DNA of 64,000 nt from Candidatus Binataceae bacterium (GTDB lineage Bacteria; Desulfobacterota; Binatia; Binatales; Binataceae). The stretch's first letter is position 1; the number at the start of each line of letters is the position of its first letter. Location of the stretch: NCBI GenBank assembly GCA_049795175.1, contig JBARDN010000252.1, positions 545 through 64,544 on the forward strand, read 5' to 3'. Shown piece by piece: positions 47,025-57,929 of the stretch. Made by a program: the position numbers and the translations under genes. The notes beneath the pieces are model-generated. The model did not search any database, was not told where the DNA came from, and saw nothing but the letters and a program-made list of their open reading frames with translations.

Positions 47025-50000
47025 ACGGCGTATCTTATGTTCGTCCCGCGATCCTCGACAAAATCGGACTCGGCACGCATCGCGTGATCGAGGCCAACGC
47101 CGGCACCGGCAAGACTTTCACCCTCGAGCATCTGATCGTCGAGTTGCTGGTTCGCAGAAAGGTTCCGCTCGATCAAATTCTGGCCGTCACTTTCACGCAG
47201 CGCGCGACCGCGGAATTGCGCGCTCGAGTTCGCGCCGCGATCGATCGTGCGCTGCGCGCCGCGTATGCGGGTGACGAAGCGATCAAGACGGCGTTTCCCG
47301 GCAGCATCGATCTTGTTGCACCGCTCGAAGCAGCGCTGTTCTCTTTCGAGCGCGCGCCGATTCATACGATTCACAGCTTCTGCCAGCGAGTCTTGACCGA
47401 GCTCGCATTCGCCACCGGCGCCAGATTCGGCATCGAAACCGCCGATGGACGCGCTCTGTTCCACGAGGCGTTCCGCGCGGTGTTGCGCGAAAATAAAATT
47501 GCCGGCTCCGAGTATGCCGGGCCGTTAAAGAATTGGATCGCAGATTCGGGCAAGTCGGTTGACGACCTCGAAAAGATGTTGTTCGAGGTGAATAGCAAGC
47601 GATATGAGCCGGGGGTAGGCGGACCGGCGTCATCGATAGAAACGCGATTGGCCGACCTGTTCGTGCCGCCGATGCGCACGTGGCTGCAAACAGAAAAATT
47701 CCGCCGCGGGGTGATCGATTATGATGACATGCTCGAACGCGTCCATCTGGCGCTGGTCAATGATACGGACGGCAGGCTGGCGGCGACGCTGCGTGAACGC
47801 TATCGCTTCGCGCTAATCGATGAGTTCCAGGACACCGACGAGATCCAGTGGGCGATCTTCCGGAAGATCTTTGTCGCGGGTGAGACGCAAGGCGCGGCGT
47901 TGTACCTGATCGGCGATCCCAAGCAGGCTATCTATTCGTTTCGCGGCGCCGATGTTCACGCTTATTTGCGGGCCCGCGCCGATATTGCGGCGCCGCCGAA
48001 TGATCCGATCGCGCTGGTCGAGAACTTTCGCTCGACCCAGGCGATGATCGCCGCGACCAATCTGATTTTGGATCAAACCGCGAAGCCGCCGTTGTTCAGC
48101 GGCTTGATCAAGTATCAGAACCCGGTATCCTGCGGGCGCGAAGATTTGCGCGCCAAGGGCGCTGGCAACGACTTGGTCCCCATCACGCTGATTGCGGCGA
48201 CACGCGACGCGAAATACAACGCCGTGGCGCTCAGGCGGATGCTCGCGCGCCGGATCGCTGCGACGATTCAGACAATCGTGAAAGATCCCGGCTCGGCGAT
48301 CTCCGTCACTGACGGCGCGAAGCCGGGGCCGACGGTCACGTATGGAGATATTTTCATCCTGACCAACACCAACGCCGAAGGCGTCAAACTTGCCGAATAT
48401 CTCCGTGCCGAAGGGGTTCCATACGCATTTTACAAGCGCGAAGGATTGTTCCAGACCGATGAGGCGCGTGACGTGCTCGACATGCTCCGAGCGGTTGCCG
48501 CGCCGAACAATCGCTCGCATCGGCTGAAGGCGTGGGCGACGCCGTTTTTCGCCGTCTCGATGCGCGAGCTCGCAAAGCTGGGTGAGCCGGAGCCATCGGA
48601 TCCGCTGATGGCGCGGCTAGCCCGGTGGCACGGTCTCGCGAGGGAAGGAGATTTCGCAGAGTTGTTCGACTCGCTGCTCGAAGACAGCGGACTCGCAGCG
48701 CGCCAACTGTTTGCCGCCCCCAATCTGCGCGAGCTTACCAACTACGAACACATCTTCGAGTTGATCCTCGCGGAATCGCTCAAGGAAGGATGGTCGATCG
48801 CGGATATCATCGATCGTCTCGCCGCGTACGTCGGCGGGTATCGGCTGCCGTCGGGGGAGGATCCGAATCTCATGCGGCTCGAAAGCGAACGAGCGGCGGT
48901 CCAGATCATGACGATTCACAAGGCCAAAGGACTCGAGGCGCGAGTCGTTTTTCTGTTCGGCGGCTTCTTCGCGAACAACAATCCGCGCCCGGTGAAAATT
49001 TATCATGACGCCGAGGGTGATCGCCGACTCGCGATCGGCGGCGCCGCGCAGCGCAAGGAAGCGGGGCGAATCGATCAAGACGAAGCTGAAGAGGACCAGC
49101 GGCTGCTCTACGTGGCGATCACGCGGGCTCGCGCAAAACTCTATCTCCCATATGTCCCAACCAAACCAGGCAGAGGTGATATCTCGGGGAGATACATGCA
49201 GCTCAACAATCGCCTGCGCGCGATGGACGCGGCAGGACAGCTTACGGAGCCTCTATTCGAGACCGTTGCGGTGGAAAAGGAGCCGCCGCAGACCGACGCA
49301 TGCGCGAACACTGTCGATCGATGGCGGCCGCCCGCGAATCTGCTGACAGACCCTATCGCAGCGAAACTCGAGAGTGAGGTTGCGCGACTCGCGCACGCTG
49401 CCGCCGCACTTTCGACACTATCGTACACCTCGTTGCATCGGCGCGCCGCACTGGAACTCGAGCCGCGTGATTTCAAGAACGATCTGGAGCTTGCCGCGGA
49501 AACTGTGGAGATCGCATCGGAACCTCGTGGAGGCGCGGCGGCGGGAATCTTTCTGCATGAGGTGATCGAAAAGCTCGATCTGAAAATCCTGGCGACGGCG
49601 CGCGATCTGGCTGCATGGAGTGCGCTTGATGAGGTCCGCGAGTTGTTCGATTCCGCGCTGCGGCGTCATCAGGTGCCGGAACGCGAGCGCTGGATGACGC
49701 GCGGCCCAGAGCTTGTCTTCAACACGCTGCGATCGCCGATCGCGGCCGGAACCACGACGATCTCCGCGCTGGCCGGATGCGACTCCGAACGTGAGATGGA
49801 GTTCACGTTTCCGATACCCGAGCGGGCGCATCGCCTGCTCGATTCCGCGCCGCCGAATGCTGACGCGCGCTGGCGAATCGAGCGGGGCGTTTACGTCGGA
49901 TTTGTGGATTTTGTCTTTCGTTACGACGATCGCATCTACTTCGCCGACTGGAAGAGCGACTTGCTGAACTCGTACGAAACCGGCGCGGTGGCAGAGCATG

Positions 50001-50242
50001 CGCGCAAGAACTACGGCCTGCAGGCAAAGATCTACACAATCGGTGTGACGCGCTTGCTTGGAATTCGCACCGAAGCTGAATACGAGGCCGGGTTCGGCGG
50101 CTTGCTCTATCTTTTCATTCGCGGCATCACGCCAACCGGCGGCGGAACTCGCGGCGTGTACTTTCATCGCCCACCCTGGTCGGAGATGGTGCGCGCCGAA
50201 CGCGAACTGATGCAGCCGTTCGAGGCGATGCGAAATCAATGA
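47021..50242 (+). CDS. recB: Exodeoxyribonuclease V beta subunit RecB (UvrD-like helicase + C-terminal nuclease), 1073 aa
   Basis: Walker A EANAGTGKTFTL, UvrD/PcrA helicase motifs, and a C-terminal RecB nuclease motif (…VDFVFRYDDRIYFADWKSD…). ATGA overlap with recC. Confidence 0.9.
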   Translation: MNGVSYVRPAILDKIGLGTHRVIEANAGTGKTFTLEHLIVELLVRRKVPLDQILAVTFTQRATAELRARVRAAIDRALRAAYAGDEAIKTAFPGSIDLVAPLEAALFSFERAPIHTIHSFCQRVLTELAFATGARFGIETADGRALFHEAFRAVLRENKIAGSEYAGPLKNWIADSGKSVDDLEKMLFEVNSKRYEPGVGGPASSIETRLADLFVPPMRTWLQTEKFRRGVIDYDDMLERVHLALVNDTDGRLAATLRERYRFALIDEFQDTDEIQWAIFRKIFVAGETQGAALYLIGDPKQAIYSFRGADVHAYLRARADIAAPPNDPIALVENFRSTQAMIAATNLILDQTAKPPLFSGLIKYQNPVSCGREDLRAKGAGNDLVPITLIAATRDAKYNAVALRRMLARRIAATIQTIVKDPGSAISVTDGAKPGPTVTYGDIFILTNTNAEGVKLAEYLRAEGVPYAFYKREGLFQTDEARDVLDMLRAVAAPNNRSHRLKAWATPFFAVSMRELAKLGEPEPSDPLMARLARWHGLAREGDFAELFDSLLEDSGLAARQLFAAPNLRELTNYEHIFELILAESLKEGWSIADIIDRLAAYVGGYRLPSGEDPNLMRLESERAAVQIMTIHKAKGLEARVVFLFGGFFANNNPRPVKIYHDAEGDRRLAIGGAAQRKEAGRIDQDEAEEDQRLLYVAITRARAKLYLPYVPTKPGRGDISGRYMQLNNRLRAMDAAGQLTEPLFETVAVEKEPPQTDACANTVDRWRPPANLLTDPIAAKLESEVARLAHAAAALSTLSYTSLHRRAALELEPRDFKNDLELAAETVEIASEPRGGAAAGIFLHEVIEKLDLKILATARDLAAWSALDEVRELFDSALRRHQVPERERWMTRGPELVFNTLRSPIAAGTTTISALAGCDSEREMEFTFPIPERAHRLLDSAPPNADARWRIERGVYVGFVDFVFRYDDRIYFADWKSDLLNSYETGAVAEHARKNYGLQAKIYTIGVTRLLGIRTEAEYEAGFGGLLYLFIRGITPTGGGTRGVYFHRPPWSEMVRAERELMQPFEAMRNQ

Positions 50243-52284
50243 AGCCGGTTTACTCTCTGCTCGGAATGGATACCGCATGGCAGCGCGACGCAGATGCGGA
50301 ACGCGCCGCGACGCGATTCGAGACAGATATGGCGCGGCTTCGTGCGTCGGTCGCGGTACTCAATCTCGACGCGAACGCGGTGCATCTGGCGGCAGAGATC
50401 GCCGCGTTCGAGCCCGCCGTCGAACTCGACGACGACGCGCGGTTCGCGCTGGTCGTGCTGATTGTGCTGTCGCTAACCGCTGTCGCCGAGGGCAATACGC
50501 GTCTTCCGGTGAGCGGCGCGGAATCGAAAAAGCCGCTGGGGCGGATGCTGTCCGCGCTGATGGCGCCGCCGTTCGACGAATCCGCGCATACGCGAGTCGC
50601 AGCGAAAATCGCGGAGATTATTGACGCTGATAGTGCGCCCGCGGTTATCGGGCGAGATCCCGCCGCGCGGCGTCCGCTGCTTCATTTGAAGCCGTATCTG
50701 TACCACGAGCGAATTTACCGCACCGAGCAAAGACTCGCGGAACGCCTGGCGGCGATGGTGGATATCGATAGCGCACCGCCCCAACTGGCGATCGCGACGG
50801 CGCTTGCCGACGTAGTTGCGCGTCCGGCCATGATTGGTGGCGCGGCAGCCATTCTTTCCGACGAACAATGCCGCGCGGTCGAAATCGGTGTGAGCTCGCG
50901 CCTTGCGATAATCTCCGGCGGACCCGGAACCGGCAAGACTTCGATTATCGCGGCGATCCTGCGGATGCTGGTGCGTCTCGGGATTGCTCCCGCGTCGGTG
51001 GCACTGGCCGCGCCGACCGGCAAGGCCGCGTATCGGATGAATGAATCGATTCGGAATACCATGGGCTCGATCGAAAGCCCCGCTCCGGAAGATTTTGCGC
51101 TCGCCGCTGCGGTCCCCCTCGCGTCCACCATTCATCGCCTGCTTGGATACTCGAGCACGCGAAGATCTTTTATTCATCATCGCGGCAATCCGCTCGAGGC
51201 CTCAGTCGTGATCGTCGATGAAGCGTCGATGCTCGATCTGACGCTGATGGATCACCTGAGTGCAGCGATGCGCCTGCAGGCGCGCCTGGTGATTATCGGC
51301 GATGCGGATCAGTTGCCCTCGGTCGCCGCGGGCGCGGTGCTGCGCGACCTGATGCCGGTGGAGAAAACCTCGGCATCGGCAACGCTGGCGGCGGTCAGCG
51401 CGACGCTCACGGAGAACTATCGCGCCAGGCTTGGCGATGCCGGCGGCGGCGCGATCGCACTGGCGGCGCGGCGAATCAACGCGGGATGCGCCGATCTGGT
51501 CTCGGCGGCAGACAGTCCGATCGTTCGGCGCGCGGCCGCCGCTGAGATCGAGTTTTCCGGCGTCGAGCTTTTTGCCGGCGCCTCGGAGTCGCTGCCGGAT
51601 TTTCTGTCATGCTATACGCGTGCGCAAATCGAATCGGATGAGTTCGCCGCGATGGCGTTGCGAACTTACACGCTCGAAAAGGGTGGGTTCAGTGCCGAGG
51701 ACTCGGCGGTACTCGTGCGGATGCTCGCGCATCTGGCGCGTGCACGGATCCTGTGCGTGACGCGAATCGGCCGCTGCGGCGCCGACGCGATCAACACGCG
51801 GATGCATCGCGAGGCGCTCGGACGTCGCACACCACCCGAGCGCGGTCCGATGATAGCGGGCGAGCCGGTAATCGTTTTGCGCAACGACTATGATCACATG
51901 CTGTTCAACGGCGACCAGGGTGTACTGGTGAATCTTGCAGAGCGCGGAGGACGGCAGTCGTTGGCGGCGGTGTTCGCGCGCGAGGCCGGGCTCGCCACGT
52001 TCCGAATCGAAATGCTGTCGGACGCGATCGATCTGTGCTACGCGATGACGGTGCATAAGGCGCAAGGCTCGGAGTTCGATTGCGTCGCCCTGATCCTGCC
52101 CGAGCGCGACCTGCCGCTGCTGTCGCGCGAGACAATCTACACGGCAGTCAGCCGCAGCCGGCGGTCATGCGTAATTTTCGGCGGCGAGAATTTGCTCGAA
52201 CAGGCGGTTGCGCGGCGTATCGAACGGTTCTCCGGACTGGCGCAGGCGATCGAGCGCTATCGCGCTGGGAAAACCGGCGGCTAA
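50239..52284 (+). CDS. recD: Exodeoxyribonuclease V alpha subunit RecD, 681 aa
   Basis: Walker A IISGGPGTGKTS, motif II VIVDEASMLDL, SF1B motif DADQLPSV, and C-terminal …TVHKAQGSEF…. ATGA overlap with recB. Confidence 0.85.
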   Translation: MKPVYSLLGMDTAWQRDADAERAATRFETDMARLRASVAVLNLDANAVHLAAEIAAFEPAVELDDDARFALVVLIVLSLTAVAEGNTRLPVSGAESKKPLGRMLSALMAPPFDESAHTRVAAKIAEIIDADSAPAVIGRDPAARRPLLHLKPYLYHERIYRTEQRLAERLAAMVDIDSAPPQLAIATALADVVARPAMIGGAAAILSDEQCRAVEIGVSSRLAIISGGPGTGKTSIIAAILRMLVRLGIAPASVALAAPTGKAAYRMNESIRNTMGSIESPAPEDFALAAAVPLASTIHRLLGYSSTRRSFIHHRGNPLEASVVIVDEASMLDLTLMDHLSAAMRLQARLVIIGDADQLPSVAAGAVLRDLMPVEKTSASATLAAVSATLTENYRARLGDAGGGAIALAARRINAGCADLVSAADSPIVRRAAAAEIEFSGVELFAGASESLPDFLSCYTRAQIESDEFAAMALRTYTLEKGGFSAEDSAVLVRMLAHLARARILCVTRIGRCGADAINTRMHREALGRRTPPERGPMIAGEPVIVLRNDYDHMLFNGDQGVLVNLAERGGRQSLAAVFAREAGLATFRIEMLSDAIDLCYAMTVHKAQGSEFDCVALILPERDLPLLSRETIYTAVSRSRRSCVIFGGENLLEQAVARRIERFSGLAQAIERYRAGKTGG

Positions 52285-52415
52285 TTTAAGTTCTCATGAA
52301 ATAGCCGTCCAATGTCCGCGGGCGGCAGCGAATTGCCGAAATAAAGAGGCGCCGTCGCAGATGCGAGCGTACTATAATCAAGGCGCGCGACTACTTGACG
52401 AAGGGAGAATTTCCA

Positions 52416-53435
52416 ATGCAGGTCGGAATGATCGGACTAGGCAGAATGGGCGCGAACATGGTGAAGCGGCTGATTCGCGCCGGTCATCAATGCGTAGTAT
52501 TCGACGTGAGCCAGGACTCGGTGAAGTCCCTGGTGAAGGAAGGCGCAACCGGCGCAGCGTCGATGGACGATTTTGTGTCCAAACTGACCAAGCCGCGCGC
52601 GACATGGATGATGGTGCCGGCGGCGGTGGTGGAAAGCACCGTCGCGGAGCTCACCAAACGCTTCGAGCGCGGCGACATTATCGTCGACGGGGGCAACTCC
52701 TACTACGTCGACGATATTCGCCGGGCCAAGGCGCTCACCGCCAAGGGAATTCATTACGTCGATTCCGGAACCAGCGGCGGGGTGTGGGGCTTCGAGCGCG
52801 GCTACTGCCAGATGATCGGCGGCGAGGCCGGCGTGGTAAAGCATCTCGATCCGATTTTCTCGGCGCTGGCGCCGCCGATGGACAGCGCACCACGCACCGA
52901 GGGCCGCGACAAGGTCAAGAACAGCACTGCCGAGCACGGTTACCTGCACTGCGGCGCTAACGGCGCGGGGCATTTCGTCAAGATGGTGCACAACGGAATC
53001 GAGTACGGGATCATGGCCGCGTACGCGGAGGGGCTGAACATTCTGCATCACGCCAACGTCGGCAAGACCAAGGGCGCATCCGATGCCGAGACGACGCCGC
53101 TACGCGATCCCGAGCTGTATCAGTACGACATGAATCTCACCGACATCACCGAGGTATGGCGGCGCGGCAGCGTGATCTCGTCGTGGCTGCTCGACTTGAC
53201 CGCGACCGCGCTGCTCGGCGATCCGGAGCTCAAGAAATTTGCGGGACGAGTATCGGATTCGGGCGAAGGGCGATGGACTATCGATGCCGCGATCGACGAA
53301 GGCGTGCCGGCAAACGTTCTTACCTCGGCGCTATTCGAGCGCTTCAGCTCACGCGGCGCGGCCGACTTTGCCGACAAGCTGCTGTCCGCGATGCGCTATG
53401 AGTTCGGCGGACACCTCGAAAAGCCCAGCAAGTAA
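52416..53435 (+). CDS. gnd: 6-phosphogluconate dehydrogenase (decarboxylating), short-chain Gnd-like form
   Basis: [19 protein letters not shown] Rossmann N-terminus, …DGGNSYY…. RBS AAGGGAGA 7 nt upstream of ATG 52416. The track start 52395 is TTG. A TATAAT hexamer at 52373-52378 lies upstream. Confidence 0.85.
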   Translation: MQVGMIGLGRMGANMVKRLIRAGHQCVVFDVSQDSVKSLVKEGATGAASMDDFVSKLTKPRATWMMVPAAVVESTVAELTKRFERGDIIVDGGNSYYVDDIRRAKALTAKGIHYVDSGTSGGVWGFERGYCQMIGGEAGVVKHLDPIFSALAPPMDSAPRTEGRDKVKNSTAEHGYLHCGANGAGHFVKMVHNGIEYGIMAAYAEGLNILHHANVGKTKGASDAETTPLRDPELYQYDMNLTDITEVWRRGSVISSWLLDLTATALLGDPELKKFAGRVSDSGEGRWTIDAAIDEGVPANVLTSALFERFSSRGAADFADKLLSAMRYEFGGHLEKPSK

Positions 53436-53480
53436 CCGAGCGCCGAGTGGGCGGAGCCTGCCGGACAGAAAGGAAAACCG

Positions 53481-55019
53481 ATGCCTGACGAAAAAGTTGA
53501 GAACGTCGATAACGTGACCCAGGCGCGTCCGGGCGATCCCTGCACCATCGTGATTTTCGGCGCCGCCGGCGATCTGACCAAGCGCAAGCTCTTTCCGGCG
53601 TTTTACAATCTGCTGCATAGCAAATTCCTGCCCGAAAAATACGCGATCGTTGGCGTATCGATAGAGAAATATACCGACCAGGCGTTCCGCAATCAGCTCA
53701 CGGGCGAGGTCAAGAAATACGCGACAGAGAAGGTCGATCCGAAACTTTGGAAGTCGTTCGTATCCAGGGTCTATTACCATTGCGGAAACTTTACCGATCA
53801 CAAGCTCTACACTTCCCTGAAGGATACTCTGGCGAAGGCCGCGAAGGAGCAGGACCTGCCCGGGAACTGCCTCTACTATCTTGCGGTCGCGCCGCAATTC
53901 TTCGGAGAAATTGTGCGTCAGCTCGGCGCAGCGGGCCTTGCGGAAGAGAAGGACGGAAATTGGCGTCGGGTGGTGATCGAAAAACCGTTCGGCCGGGACC
54001 TCGAGTCGGCGCAGGCGCTCAACAAGGAAATCAAGAGCGTGCTCAGGGAAGATCAGATCTACCGGATCGATCATTACCTGGGCAAAGAGACCGTGCAGAA
54101 CATGCTGGTGTTCCGCTTCGGCAACGGGATTTTCGAGCCAATCTGGAATCGGCGCTATATCGATTCGGTGCTGATAACCGCCGCGGAGACGGTCGGAGTC
54201 GAGGAACGTGGCGGATACTACGAGACCGCCGGAGCGCTGCGCGACATGGTGCCCAATCACATGATGCAGCTTATCGCGATGATCGGGATGGAGCCGCCGA
54301 CTTCATTCGGCGCCGAGACGGTGCGTGACGAAAAGGCGAAACTCCTAAACGCGATTCAGATCCTTACCTCCGAAGATGTGCTCACGATGGCTGTGCGCGG
54401 GCAATATGGCGCCGGAACCGAGCAGGGCAAGAAGGTGCGCGCGTACCGCAAAGAGGATCAGGTCAATCCGGAATCGCATATCGAAACCTACGCCGCGCTC
54501 GAATTGCACATCGACAACTGGCGCTGGGCGGGAGTGCCGTTTTACGTTCGCACCGGAAAGCGTCTCGCAGACCGCGTGACCGAGCTCGCGATCAACTTCA
54601 AACGCGCACCGTTGCTGCTGTTCAAAGACACCGGCGTCGAGCAGATGTCCACCAATCAACTGGTCATGCATATCCAGCCCGACGAGGGTATCTCGCTGCG
54701 CTTCAGCGCGAAGATTCCCGGACCCTCGGTCAAGATCGGTTCGGTCGATATGAACTTCAAGTACACGTCTTATTTCGGCGCTGCGCCTTCCACCGGATAT
54801 GAAACCCTGCTGCTCGATTGCATGATCGGCGACCCGACGCTGTTTCAGCGCGACGACATGGTCGAGGCCGGATGGCGGGTGGTCACGCCGGTGCTCGACG
54901 TGTGGAACGCGCTGCCACCGCGCGAATTTCCGAACTATGCGGCGGGAAGCTGGGGGCCGGAGGAGGCCGATCATCTGCTCGCGCGCGAGGGACGCCACTG
55001 GAGGATCATCACTGAATGA
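53481..55019 (+). CDS. zwf: Glucose-6-phosphate 1-dehydrogenase
   Basis: [22 protein letters not shown] motif and RIDHYLGKE active-site motif. Confidence 0.9.
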   Translation: MPDEKVENVDNVTQARPGDPCTIVIFGAAGDLTKRKLFPAFYNLLHSKFLPEKYAIVGVSIEKYTDQAFRNQLTGEVKKYATEKVDPKLWKSFVSRVYYHCGNFTDHKLYTSLKDTLAKAAKEQDLPGNCLYYLAVAPQFFGEIVRQLGAAGLAEEKDGNWRRVVIEKPFGRDLESAQALNKEIKSVLREDQIYRIDHYLGKETVQNMLVFRFGNGIFEPIWNRRYIDSVLITAAETVGVEERGGYYETAGALRDMVPNHMMQLIAMIGMEPPTSFGAETVRDEKAKLLNAIQILTSEDVLTMAVRGQYGAGTEQGKKVRAYRKEDQVNPESHIETYAALELHIDNWRWAGVPFYVRTGKRLADRVTELAINFKRAPLLLFKDTGVEQMSTNQLVMHIQPDEGISLRFSAKIPGPSVKIGSVDMNFKYTSYFGAAPSTGYETLLLDCMIGDPTLFQRDDMVEAGWRVVTPVLDVWNALPPREFPNYAAGSWGPEEADHLLAREGRHWRIITE

Positions 55020-56008
55020 TCCTGGCCGGCGACATCGGAGGCACGCACGCCCGCGTCGCCATTTTCGATCTCGCGGACGGAAAGCCCAGATGCGTGCACG
55101 AACAAGTCTATCCAACGCACGATTATAAGAACCTCGAAAGCGTGGTGCGCGATTTTCTCGATCATCACAAGCTGGCGCTCGACGGGGCGTGCTTCGGGGT
55201 TGCGGGACCGGTGATCGACAACCGCGCACACATGTCGAATGCGGGATGGACTATCGATGGCGCGGCGCTGGCGCGCGAGGCCCGCGTCAAGCACGCGTCC
55301 GTGATCAACGATCTGGTCGCCAACGCCTACGGAATCGCGGCGCTCGAGGCTCGCGACTTTCTGATTATCAACGAAGGCAAACCCAATCCGTGCGGCAACG
55401 CCGGTGTGATCTCCGCAGGCACCGGACTCGGCGAGGCGGGACTCTACTTCGACGGGCACACGCGGCGGCCATTTGCGACCGAAGGCGGCCACGCGGACTT
55501 CGCACCGGTCGGCGATCTGCAAATCGAGCTGCTGCGGTTTTTACGCGCCGAGTTTGGACGCGTCAGCGTCGAGCGCGTGCTATCGGGCGGGGGCCTGTAC
55601 AATATCTACCGGTTCCTTCGCGACACGCATCGCGGCGAGGAACCGGATTGGCTCGCGCAGGAAATAAAGGACGGCGACGCGGCCGCCGCGATCACACGCG
55701 CGGCGATGGAGAAAAGATCCGCGCTATGCGGAGCGGCGCTCGAGCTGTTCGTATCGATCTACGGTGCCGAGGCGGGCAACCTTGCGCTTCGGCTGATGGC
55801 GACCGGCGGAGTCTATCTTGGCGGCGGAATCGCGGTGAAGATCGCGCCGCGCCTCGCCGATCCCGCCTTTGTCCGCGCCTTCACCGCGAAGGGCAGGATG
55901 AGCGAAATCGTCCGGCAAATTCCGGTCCGCGTGATCCTGAACGAGAGCACGGCGTTGATCGGCGCTGCCCGCGCCGCCGCGATCGACGCATCGATGCTCA
56001 AAGATTAA
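55016..56008 (+). CDS. glk: Glucokinase (Glk family)
   Basis: [18 protein letters not shown] is the Glk N-terminal ATP-binding motif. ATGA overlap with zwf. Confidence 0.85.
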   Translation: MILAGDIGGTHARVAIFDLADGKPRCVHEQVYPTHDYKNLESVVRDFLDHHKLALDGACFGVAGPVIDNRAHMSNAGWTIDGAALAREARVKHASVINDLVANAYGIAALEARDFLIINEGKPNPCGNAGVISAGTGLGEAGLYFDGHTRRPFATEGGHADFAPVGDLQIELLRFLRAEFGRVSVERVLSGGGLYNIYRFLRDTHRGEEPDWLAQEIKDGDAAAAITRAAMEKRSALCGAALELFVSIYGAEAGNLALRLMATGGVYLGGGIAVKIAPRLADPAFVRAFTAKGRMSEIVRQIPVRVILNESTALIGAARAAAIDASMLKD

Positions 56009-56021
56009 AGGCTGCGCGCAA

Positions 56022-57809
56022 TCAGTGCGCGTCATTCAAATGCGCGCGAACCATCGCGGGCGAGATCGTTCCCGACGCCAGCGTGCGCGCCGGGCCAATC
56101 CGCAGCATATGAAACAGAAAAATCGCTAGCGCGAAGCCGGAGGCTACGACGCTGAGCGACGCGATAGCTCCCGGATCCGATGACGCACCGCCCATCCTTT
56201 CGATCGCAAGAAATGCAGCCGCAATAGAAACCGCCAGCGCCGAAGTAGCCGCGATCGCCACATCGCGCACCGGCGCGCGCGCACCCTCTTTCATAAAACG
56301 GCGCAGCTCGCGCGGCGAGAAATAGTCGAGGAACCATCCCGTCGTCTCGTCAACTCCCCGTGCGTTCGGCGGCGAGATGACCCTACCGCTTAGAGGATCC
56401 GTCGCCGGCAGGCCCTGGTTGTGAAGTTCGACTCCCGCCAGAATCTCGTGATGAATCTCGCCCGTAATCGGATAGCGCCATGCGATGACGAAGGACAGAG
56501 CGCCGCACAGCGCCGGTGCCAGCGCAAAGATCGCTTTGATCGCGAAAATTACTTCCGGCGTCTGCACCGCGTTGGGCACATACCCGATTCCCGCGAGCAC
56601 CGCGATTGGCAGCGCGGCGCTTGGAATCGCAACGAATTTTGGCAGGATGCTCCAGAACGCGGTGTATTGGCCCTCGCTCCGGCGGCCGGTATAAAACTCG
56701 TCGTAGTCGATCACGTCGGCCTGCATCGAGGGACCCAGAAACAGTCCCGCGCCGAAACTCGCACCCGCCCAGCTAATCAGCACGAACAGCATGGTCGTGT
56801 CGCCTTTGCCAAGGAAATACATCGCGGCGCCGCCCGACACGCCCATCACGAAGCTTGCCAACCAGGTGTTCAGTTTGCCAAATCGTTTTGACGCCGCGAC
56901 CCACAACGGCAGGCACAGGAAACCTACGCCGAAGTAGCCGAGCAGCTCGATTGACAGCCACAAAGTTGGATTCTTCGGCTCGATCACGTACGCATTGAAA
57001 AACGGAAGCAGCGTTGCCGGAATGGCGCCGGTAATCGAGCCGACAATGTAGCTCCCGAGCAGAATCCTGAATGGACGATTGCGCAGCGCGCGGCGAACTC
57101 CCGGAACCAGCGGATTCGATTCGCGCTTGGCGAAGCCCGGGCGCTCGCGCACTCCCCACGCCAGCATCCAGTAGAGCGTCGTCAGCAGCAGCGCGAACGC
57201 GATTCCAAGAAAGTGATAAACGTGCCGCTCATTCCATCCCAGCACATGCATCAGGATTCCCGGTGCCGCCGAGGCGACGATCGTCCCGAGGATCGTGAAC
57301 GACTCGCGCACTCCAAACAGGCTCGAGCGCTCGTTGTAGTCCAGTGTGAGCTCCGGGCCGAGCGCGTAATGCGGCAGCACATAGACGGTGTGAAAAATGA
57401 AATAAAGAATGAAGGTGACGCCGAACCACCACGCCGACTGAGTGCCGGTCATCCCGATCGGCGGACTCATCATCGCGTAGAACGCGATCCCGCACAGCGG
57501 CGGCCCGATGATCAGATACGGGCGGCGCCGTCCGAGCCGGGTACGCGTGCGATCCGAGACCCATCCGACGACAGGGTCGCTAATTGCGTCAAGCGAACGC
57601 GCCAGCGCAATCGCGATCGCAAGATAGCCGAGCGGCACCAGCACCACGTCGGCGTAGAACTTGGGCATGTTGATCAGGATCGGGATTACCAGCGCGGCGC
57701 CTGCGAAGTTCGGCGCTCCATACAGGAGCTTGAGCCGCCACGATACGTGCTCGGAGGATAGAACCGGCGCTTCGGCCGGAATTTTCAACGCGGAACTTTC
57801 AGGTGCCAT
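56022..57809 (-). CDS. MFS transporter, GPH (glycoside-pentoside-hexuronide:cation symporter)-like, 595 aa
   Basis: 12 TM helices. The GPH-type motif D…TRTRLGRRRPY lies in loop 2-3. Confidence 0.78.
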   Translation of the reverse strand: MAPESSALKIPAEAPVLSSEHVSWRLKLLYGAPNFAGAALVIPILINMPKFYADVVLVPLGYLAIAIALARSLDAISDPVVGWVSDRTRTRLGRRRPYLIIGPPLCGIAFYAMMSPPIGMTGTQSAWWFGVTFILYFIFHTVYVLPHYALGPELTLDYNERSSLFGVRESFTILGTIVASAAPGILMHVLGWNERHVYHFLGIAFALLLTTLYWMLAWGVRERPGFAKRESNPLVPGVRRALRNRPFRILLGSYIVGSITGAIPATLLPFFNAYVIEPKNPTLWLSIELLGYFGVGFLCLPLWVAASKRFGKLNTWLASFVMGVSGGAAMYFLGKGDTTMLFVLISWAGASFGAGLFLGPSMQADVIDYDEFYTGRRSEGQYTAFWSILPKFVAIPSAALPIAVLAGIGYVPNAVQTPEVIFAIKAIFALAPALCGALSFVIAWRYPITGEIHHEILAGVELHNQGLPATDPLSGRVISPPNARGVDETTGWFLDYFSPRELRRFMKEGARAPVRDVAIAATSALAVSIAAAFLAIERMGGASSDPGAIASLSVVASGFALAIFLFHMLRIGPARTLASGTISPAMVRAHLNDAH

Positions 57810-57929
57810 TATCAGCGATTGCGCGGAGCGCCCGGCCTCACAATCTGGGGGCCTATGGAGCCTTAACCGGGCGCAGAAAGTGTACCGGAACTGCGCGCCA
57901 CGATGATACCCGGGGACGATCCGTCTGGT

